From Welwitschia mirabilis (lineage: Eukaryota), in the NCBI GenBank assembly GCA_051453625.1, contig JBOZIK010000001.1, positions 1,369,884 through 1,400,501 on the forward strand: a stretch of 30,618 bases of DNA. The letters run 5' to 3'. Below the pieces are notes generated by a model. That model made no database searches. It was given only the letters and a program-made list of their open reading frames with translations, and was not told where the DNA came from. The position numbers and the translations under genes are program-made. Of this stretch, positions 23,035 through 30,618 are shown one piece after another (positions within the stretch are counted from its first letter, which is position 1; each line of letters begins with the position of its first letter).

Positions 23035-24390
23035 TGTTAACATGTAAAAACTATCATATTTTTCAAGTATTCCAGGCCAGTTTACCATAATTAAAGATAT
23101 TAATTTAACTATTTTAATCATACAAACATGTCTTCTATTCTTTTAGATGTCATACTTAACTTTATGTATTTTTCCATGACAATTTCAGGTCTTAAGCCAT
23201 ATTTTGGAGCATAAGCCACAAGGTGGACCTAATCTAACAAAAAACACTAGTGACATATGATGGCACCACTTACTTGAGAAGAACTCAAGACCTGGATTTT
23301 CCATGGAGAGATGATTTATCTCTTGCTGTGGGCCTAGTCATTTGCTATACTATAATTTACTATTATCTTTACTAGAAAATGATAAAAACTCTAACTACAT
23401 AACAACCACTACAAGACAAAAACTCCAACCCCCTCAATCACCACTATGAGATAAAAACTCTAATCACCCTTATAATGACTATAAGATAAAAACTCCAACC
23501 GCTTTAACAACCACTACAAAACAAAAATCCCAACCACTCTAACCCTATCCTTCTCTATAAAAAGGCATAAGCACCTCACTTTGTATTCATTCTTGGCCAT
23601 TTGATAACATTCATCCTTGGAGTGAAGAAACCTTTTATCATCTCTTTCCAAGTTTTCCTTTTTGGGAATGGGATAGCCTTAAGGCTATAATGATGTTCCA
23701 TATTCAATATTAAGTGTTTTCTTCTTTGATGTAATGCAGGATTCCACTTTTTCATAATAAAGATTGTCATTTTGTTTTTTTTTTATTTCAAGTTAAAATT
23801 CATTTCATACTTCTAATGCTTGAATTGGATCTAAATTTTATTAACTTATTATTATTTCTTAAGTAAATCCTTTTTGTTTCATTTTTTGAGTAAATTCTTG
23901 GGATTCATTTCCTACTTTTCATGCTTATGAATAGGTTATGATGAACTAGAATTGTGAAAGCATCTCACCAACACTAATGTGATGAATAAGATAATGTTAC
24001 CATGATTTGAGCCTCATTTAACTTGGCATCACTAATGCTTATTGTGGAACTCTGCAGTATATCATTGAAAGGAGACCTCTCTTCTTGTTGAAACAGTCAT
24101 CTTAGTTCTTAAGTGTTATGTTTCATTTCCAAGCTTTTGTTTATTAAATTTCTTTTTCACATTCTAACTCGAAGTTTGCTTAAATCTTTTACTAGAATAG
24201 CGTTGTATTGCTTTACCTTTTTTTATATCCTCAAGGAAAAATTTATACTAGGATTGTACTTCAACGAAAGTCCTAGATTTTATTAGTAAAAGTTGGATGT
24301 GGCCATGCAATATTTGTATCTCTATGATGGTCTTGTGATTTACCATATACTAATGATAGATACAAGCATAACTAAACTTCTTCATAAATG
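23035..24390 (+). repeat. 3' LTR (1356 bp) with TATA box at 23556-23563
   Basis: TG start, collinear with the 5' LTR, ctataaaaagg TATA-like motif, followed directly by the ATAGA TSD. Confidence 0.92.
23401..23540 (+). repeat. 35-bp tandem array in U3 of the 3' LTR (4 units; 2 units at 17010-17079 in the 5' LTR)
   Basis: The core ccactacaagacaaaaactccaacc recurs in variant form at 23406, 23441, 23476 and 23511, and in the 5' LTR at 17015 and 17050. Confidence 0.88.
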
Positions 24391-25985
24391 ATAGATTACC
24401 AATTACTAATCAAAAGAGGATCCAAAAATTTAGGTAAGATACAAATAACTCCTTTATTAATATGATGCCCAAGTAAACCTTAAAGAATGGCCTCACTTAT
24501 AACATTTAGATAATCATGACCTAGTAGATCATAGTTCTCTTTAAAAAACTACATAGGCAAACCATCAAAGGCATGAGCTTTTTTATTTACCATATAAAGC
24601 AAGCATCTTGAAGCCTTTTAAGAGTAATTTTTGCATTCAACTTTTGATGGATTTCTACAATGAGAACTAGGAAAGCAATGAAGAAACATAGTGAAACTCA
24701 TTCATATTAATTAGAGTTGTTTGAAATAGTATTTGAAAATGCTCTTTTAAAAAAAATTAAGAATGTCATTAAGACTACAAAGATTTCGATCAACCTACAA
24801 ACTAATAATTTGAATTCCACCATTAAAATGATTCGAAAATTTGAAAAATTCTTTGGATTTTTCATCTTGAGTTTGTAGGAATTAGTATCTACTTTTAAGA
24901 AGAGCACATCTTCCATTTTTATTAAGCCACCCAAGTTTTGACAAGCATAAAATGAAATGTTGGATTAAAAGGATCATGAATAAGCTAATTATTTAATATG
25001 ACACTCTTTGAATACTAGAATGAAAATAAGATTTTCATTGTTTAACTACTTGTTTTTCAAAAATTAAGCATAAATTCTAACTCTCCATTAAGTATGATGC
25101 CATAATAACTCCATCCTATTGGGCTAGAAAGTTTAGACTATGCAGTTCAAAATGTATGAAGAATTTGTTTCCTAGTATGGCACTAATATCAAGAGTGACT
25201 AAGGTAGAATAAAGGACAATAACCTCTGAGAGAAGAAATAGCAAATTTCATCAATGCCTAAATAGGAAAATGGTTTGATAAAAACTATCATGTTTAAAAC
25301 CTTGATGGATTAGTCTAAATCCTAAAAATAAAGAGCAGAGTAATAGAATCCATCTAAACTCTTGTAGATTTGTTAAGTTCCTTAATTAAAATTGTTCCAA
25401 GTAAAATGCTATTGCATATTTTTAGGAGGAGTGAGAAATTACATCTAAAGGACGAAAGAAGTAATTTTTAAATTACAACCAAGAATTCAATACAAAAGGA
25501 TGTGAGGAAAAATCCTTTCCACTCAACGTGTCATAAGATGTATCAATCATATTAAAATCTCCTCTAAAAATAAAGAAATAGAAGGCAATATCTATGTTAA
25601 ATATGTTTAAATTTGAATTCGCTCATGCATATGATATATGAACATAGATGGAACAAATACTCAACACATTAGTGAAAGAAGAAATAATGACCTAATGGAA
25701 CCATTGTTAAGGATTCAAAAAAGAAGAACAAATTTGTGAAGTCCAATGAGAAGAAGTCAAAATGGCATCCCCTCCACGTCCTTCATGATGAGAAATATCA
25801 TAAGCTTGGGAATTATGTAGTGACCCATAAGAAAAACATTGCAAATGTAAAGTTGTGATCTTAATTTTCTAAAGCAATAAAAGAATCTGAAGGGAGATAA
25901 ATCTTAGAGGAAATAAAAAATCTCTAAAGCACTTCTATCAGAGGTTATCAGTAAAGCCTTGAATATTTCATTAAGCTAGATGTGG
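24391..25985 (-). mobile_element. L1-clade LINE ORF2, 5' part: APE endonuclease and start of RT
   Basis: Minus strand gives *NIQGF (WNVRGL, ~25950); RGDFNMI (GGDFN); FTWNN; KSLDGFY (SRLDRF); LSNHFPI (SDHxPI); KAHAFDGLPM*FF (KAPGPDGxxxEFF); ISNW*SI (NWRPI) ending at the TSD. Confidence 0.92.
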
Positions 25986-25989
25986 GGGA

Positions 25990-27100
25990 GAATAACCTCA
26001 TTAGCATTAACAAAAACATCTATGTTAACATCCATACCTTTAAAAGTAATGACTGGATTCAAAATAACATACTCTAAAAAAGTTTGTTATGGATTTGTAG
26101 AAGAAGAAATAATATAAGATTGAATATGTTTAGATCTTTTTTGACCAGTGATTGAAAGAAAACCTTCAACATCTAGAAGTAATTGATTATTCAAAGAAGA
26201 GGTTTTATTTAAGGAAGAGAGTGGTGGAAATAGGGAAGATGCATTTCATGTGCCTTTGAAAGACTAATTCTTAGATTTTTCAACTTTATAATTTTCCATA
26301 GGTTTTCAAAAAGAGTAAACAATTTGCAACAATGGATTTGATATAGCTTTTTATTGTTTTATTAAAATAGTAACTCTTTTAAGTATGATGCTTAAGGTAG
26401 ATACATTGAGAGATGTGATGATCATCACAATGATAATGTACGTAAAGTTCAAAAAATTAATGTAATCAATCTTCTAAGTAGAAATGCGATTCTTAGCATA
26501 TAAAGTTAAGTACACTTATGCTCTATTAGAGTAACCTCTGTAAAATAGAATGTATAACAAACATCATTAAAGGAAAAAGTTTATTCATAAAAGATGTAAC
26601 TAATGTAAACAAGGATTTTGTGTTCAAAATGGTAAAAACATAAGTCAAAGATTTGGAGGTTTGGCATAGCATGAAATTCAAGTGTAAGCTGGATCAATCA
26701 CATCAAAATCAAATTTCCATTTACATGCTACAAAGTTTGTCAAGGCAATTAGAAAAATGTGAAGATATGAAGCTTTATGAACCATTTTAGAAGTAGCAAA
26801 CTCCACCAAAAATAAATCCTTAAGTGAAATATCATGCATGAAAAAGTTCAAAACCATGAGTAACAAAAATATGATTAATATGCATAGAAATTGAAACATG
26901 ATGCATGATGAAGGAAAAAATTTACAGACAAATATATCATAAAGGAAAACTGTTGGATATCTTCTTAAAGACATCTTTTGGCAATCCATAATCAATAATA
27001 AGAGGATTCGAAAGTGCTCCTCTCTCAAGAGAAGGTGAAGAATCTTTAGACAAACCAATGTGCATAGGGCTATGGTTTGTGGAGTTGCTCATAAGTGAAA
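25990..27100 (-). pseudogene. LINE ORF1 remnant (DUF4283-like)
   Basis: ORF 26678-27058 contains LKDLFLVEFATSKMVHKA and FVACKWKFDFD, then AKPPNL. This resembles plant L1 ORF1 (gxFxvxF..; kW..f..WvxxPxLP), and it lies directly upstream of ORF2 on the same strand. The 5' boundary is uncertain. Confidence 0.6.
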
Positions 27101-27329
27101 TAGTCCTCATGACTTAAAATTATAGAGGAAGTCATTTTAATCTTAACTAATTTGTTGATTATAAGATTATTACTTAGTATAACGTTATAAATGAAATAAA
27201 ATTATTGATTGTGATGTAGTATTAACAAGATATTATCAAAGATAGAAAACCTCGAAGGTTACTTTAAGTAAATGAGGGCTTTTTGTTATAGAATTATATT
27301 TGAATCTCACTAAAGACATGCTAATCAGT

Positions 27330-28400
27330 CGATAGTTTAACTATTGGAACACTCGTCCTTTGTTTAGAAGATTATATGTCTAAATCTTTGGATGCATTCC
27401 TTGGCATACTATAAAGCCTTAGGCATAATTAAATCATTCATTTGGGTATCATGGTAGCTATACTTTCAAGGGAAGGCATGATCATTAAAAGTTCCAAGTT
27501 TGACATCCCCCATGCTGTATGTTTCTATCTAAATTCTTAATATCATAAGTAGCACTTTTACACATAAAATCATACAAGACACAATACTAAGTCCTTTTGA
27601 CATTTCATTATTATTTTATCAAATGCTTATGATATGCTATAAACATTTTCCAAAAATCATAGTAGTATTAGTTTAAACATGATTTATCATAATCAACAAA
27701 TTAATAATTAATACATTAATTTTACGTTACAATGTTTTATGTCTTTAATGACTATATCATTATCTTGCAAAATATCCATGTGTAGCAATTTAATAAACAT
27801 GATGAAGTTAAAACATTCCAATGGTAAACACATCCTTGTTTCCATAATTAGTTCTTAAGACAAACCACTAAAAAGCACTTTCATGTTTATGTTGATCATT
27901 AGAGCAATATGTTTTGTTTCGAGCTTGAATATGTTGTAACAATTGTCAACAAACTCTGCTATTGATTAACACTTTTAAAAACTAGAATTTATGACAAGAT
28001 GTTGAAACTTTTAGTGACCATGCTTCTCTCAAAGGTATAACTACCATAATTGCCTATATGAATAATTTAATTACACAAAACACCTTATAGTATGTCATAT
28101 TATAAAAGTTTTGGTTTATAAATTTTACATGTCTATTAACATCTTTTTATGCTTTAATCTCAATATCTGAAGTGCACCAAACTAACTATTCATGAACTAA
28201 TTATTCGACCATGATACACATATTTACAAAAGCAAAAATGATTACAATGTTCTATGAGTCAAGGGCTTGTACCTTATGTGGTAAGGCATATGCATTGTAT
28301 TCATAAGTATCATTAATCAACTCCCCTTACAGATTTAAGTGTTTCTTGAGTATAAATGGAACACATTTAGCACTTTACTATAGTAGGAGGTGACATTGTG
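27330..28400 (-). pseudogene. Possible Mutator/MULE (SWIM-type) transposase remnant
   Basis: Ordered but very degenerate minus-strand motifs: NYGNKDV; LECFNF..LLHMDILQDNDIVI; FVDYDKSCLN..MIFG; *NVKRT* (cf. WHVxRAW, ~27585-27607); DVKLGTF.. (SWIM-like start, ~27490). Confidence 0.35.
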
Positions 28401-28943
28401 TCTCGAATCAAAAGTTTCATATTAGGGTCAACAAAGTGAAAGTTACATATAACATAAATAACATTTGTAGATCAGAAAGGAAGAATTGGGGATAAAAGCC
28501 TTAGAAGGTTCACACATTAGAATGTGGAAAGAACCACTATTCAAAACAAAATGGACTAATTAGTGGTGATTACGAGCAGGGGAGTGCGGATAGAGAGGTA
28601 AATGCCTCTAAGACTGAAAGGTCAGCCACCTAAAAAACTAAAGATTATAGAAGGTAATTGATCTTTAAATAGACCTTCTTTGTTTAATATCTATTTTTAA
28701 AAATAACATAATAAAGAATATAAGCCTTTTCAACATAAAAAAACCTGAATTAACTTCTTTTTATTAAAAAAAATAATATAAAAACATTATATATAAATAT
28801 TTTCTTATGGGAAACTACACGACAATGATATTTCCACATTTAATATCTAATACATAATATCAACAAAATATCTTTTTTAATTAAAAAACTTTTACACATT
28901 CAAAACAAAGAAATTTTATCAAAATTGTCACTTGAAATCCTAG

Positions 28944-28951
28944 TGACGTCA
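28944..28951. promoter_or_regulatory. Palindromic TGACGTCA (C-box/CRE-type bZIP site) about 100 bp upstream of the ATG
   Basis: Perfect TGACGTCA in the proximal promoter region, with its CpG intact. Function is inferred only. Confidence 0.45.
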
Positions 28952-29053
28952 ATCCACACGAGTGGTAGCACCAAGAACTGTTTAAAATCAAAAGCACATT
29001 TTAGGCTTAATTCAATACAATTCAGTCACTAGTGCCGCATCAAAGGATAAAGA

Positions 29054-29330
29054 ATGGCAGGCAATATTGCTGTGGCTTCTACAGCGAGGCTGAACTTCAG
29101 GTTCCCTTCCATTTTTCCAAATCATGTCTTTCTTTCTTTCAGTCACTCGATTAAGAGGCCATTGAAAACCCGGATACCGCAAACAAGAAAAGAAAAGGTT
29201 GGCTTTCAAATATGTTGCAAGAGTTCAAAGAGCAAAACGCCAACGAGGTCAGCACATATGCTAGAGGTTATGCAGGAAGCCGAAGAACGAGCTTCTATCG
29301 CAAAAGAACCAATTCCACAGATCAAATTAG
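29054..29330 (+). CDS. ICT1: Exon 1 of an organelle-targeted ICT1/ArfB-like peptidyl-tRNA hydrolase (class I release-factor family); the gene continues beyond the window
   Basis: 92 open codons plus 1 nt, ending at AG|GT (29330/29331). The N-terminal ~60 aa are S/R/K-rich and almost acid-free, like a transit peptide. MQEAEERASIAKEPIPQIKL resembles the plant ICT1-like segment LHEAEERASSAGNEPTPQITLD, recalled from the Arabidopsis protein, that precedes FARSGGPGGQ. The phase-1 G fits the next Asp. The GGQ exon is not in the window. Confidence 0.8.
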
Positions 29331-30081
29331 GTTTCTGTTCTCATATTTTCACTTATTTTATTCATGACTCTCTGTTTTTTTATTTCTTTTAGAGTTTCTA
29401 GAGGTAGTTGTTCGGTCAGTTTTGAATCTCCTTAATCCCTGTGACTTGTATGAACAGTGGTCTTGTTAGACTGATTAGTCTATTTTCCTGACAACACACG
29501 CAGCTATATATGTACGAACACTGTTCACTTAGATTGTGATTTTAAACTAGTGCCAAGGATTTTGGCATTGCGAGAGCTAAAAGCAGTTGTTACATTCATA
29601 AATACACTAACTAACGACAAATTAGGTGAGATGTTCAAGGGATACACATGTCGAAAAGCTGCAGTTTGTTGGCAGAGGCTTTTATGAATGGTTTTGGAGC
29701 ATTGGTTTTGAAGTTAGAGCTGAAAAATGCTGCTGATTTTCTAAAACACGGTGGCTAATTTTAAGAATAGCGTGTTCTTGCGACACTGAATTATTTCAAT
29801 CGCTCTTTTGAAGACATTTAATGTGTCTCTTATACTAAGTTTTTTTAACTGTGAAAAACGCAAAATTGAGACTGAAGAAACCGTTTGTCATCAAGGGAAA
29901 AAAATAATAATTTTATCACATTAACGACAAAGCAAACATTGAGATTTAGCAGCGTGAAAGAATAGCTTATGGATGATGTATGTAATCCTTGCTGCAACAA
30001 ACATTGCCAATTTAAGTATTAGTAATAGAATCTTTGCTTCCAAATAGAAAAAGTAATATGTTAAGTAACCCTTGAAGCATT

Positions 30082-30312
30082 CTAAAAATTTATGAATAGA
30101 TTTAGTAGTCTGATTAGTGAATATCTTTAGATTTTTTTTTTAAGTTAATTAATGGGAGACTGTGTCGCAGGTCACTTGTTAGCTAAAAATTTATGGTTAG
30201 ATTTACTAAAAATTTATGATTATATTTAGCAGTCTGATTAATGAAGCTGTTCAGATCTTTTTTTAAAAGGTTAACTCATGGGAACTGTGTTGCACTCACT
30301 ATGGTCACTTGC
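30082..30312. repeat. Degenerate intronic tandem duplication (~100-bp unit x2 with a 23-bp partial copy between)
   Basis: ctaaaaatttatg starts at 30082, 30183 and 30206. agtctgatta, atggga..ctgtgt and ggtcacttg recur in both long copies. Confidence 0.85.
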
Positions 30313-30372
30313 TTGCTTGGCTAGATGAAAATACATAGGTTGTTCTTGCTAGTTTGGGAGCTAGCCACCAAA

Positions 30373-30618
30373 TGTTTAGGACTTGCTTGTGATTTGTTAA
30401 GAGAACGTAGCAGAGCAAAAGTAAAATGCAAACATCAACACACCAGATGTACGTTGAAAACCCCAATGCGGGGAAAAACCATGGAAGCAATGTAGAGCTC
30501 TCTTATTGAATGAAAAGGCAAGGACACAGGCTATCCTCAATAGCCAATATTACAACCTTTGACTATTACATACCTTTGTAGCATTCCATGCCTTTACTCT
30601 CTTTATATAGATTTTCTT
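30373..30618 (-). mobile_element. Young-looking LTR (TATA-R-U5 part, copia-like), antisense in intron 1, truncated by the window end
   Basis: Minus strand gives ctatataaag (TATA, 30601-30610), then tgtaa..caataag, then the U5-like gtttttcccgcattggggttttcaacgtacatctggtgtg, a T-rich tract and the end ..cctaaaCA. CpGs are retained. Confidence 0.65.

Larger units (their letters stand above)
16632..24390 (+). mobile_element. Athila-lineage Ty3/gypsy LTR element, 7759 bp, non-autonomous (gag plus protease only)
   Basis: Two alignable ~1.3-kb LTRs. 5-bp TSD ATAGA at 16627-16631 and 24391-24395. tRNA-Asp-type PBS, Athila-type gag and protease motifs, and an Athila-type PPT region. Confidence 0.93.
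29331..30618 (+). other. Intron 1 of the ICT1-like gene (>1.28 kb, runs off the window)
   Basis: GT donor followed by T-rich sequence. No exon encoding FARSGGPGGQ was found up to 30618. Confidence 0.7.

Noticed and set aside
23401..23540. 35-bp periodic array considered as CRISPR-like
   Set aside because: Contiguous degenerate units with no unique spacers, inside a eukaryotic LTR, and no cas genes.
29012..29209. 65-aa minus-strand ORF
   Set aside because: Antisense overlap of the ICT1-like exon 1 with no independent support.
30305..30490. 61-aa minus-strand ORF, and tggtggctagc as a possible PBS
   Set aside because: The ORF is read from LTR U5 sequence with a non-ATG start. The TGG motif matches no tRNA 3' end I can identify, and no gag follows.

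Overview
A very AT-rich, CpG-depleted eukaryotic window, almost certainly land-plant nuclear DNA, with a 100-N scaffold gap. About 28.5 kb is nested, decayed mobile DNA. It holds a Ty1/copia pol remnant, a PIF/Harbinger transposase remnant, a possible endogenous caulimovirid relic and an intron-containing MATE/DTX pseudogene fragment. It also holds a near-full-length minus-strand L1-type LINE, split by a 7.76-kb Athila-type Ty3/gypsy element (two LTRs, ATAGA TSD, tRNA-Asp PBS, gag plus protease, no recognisable RT/RNase H/integrase), and a weak Mutator-like remnant. The only apparently intact host gene starts at 29054: exon 1 of an organelle-targeted ICT1/ArfB-like peptidyl-tRNA hydrolase, whose first intron carries a young-looking antisense LTR. 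Decay is dominated by C>T/G>A changes. All protein identifications come from manual translation and remembered family motifs; no searches were run. I found no convincing new biological system. The best leads are the gag-protease-only Athila derivative, the possible caulimovirid relic and the deamination pattern.
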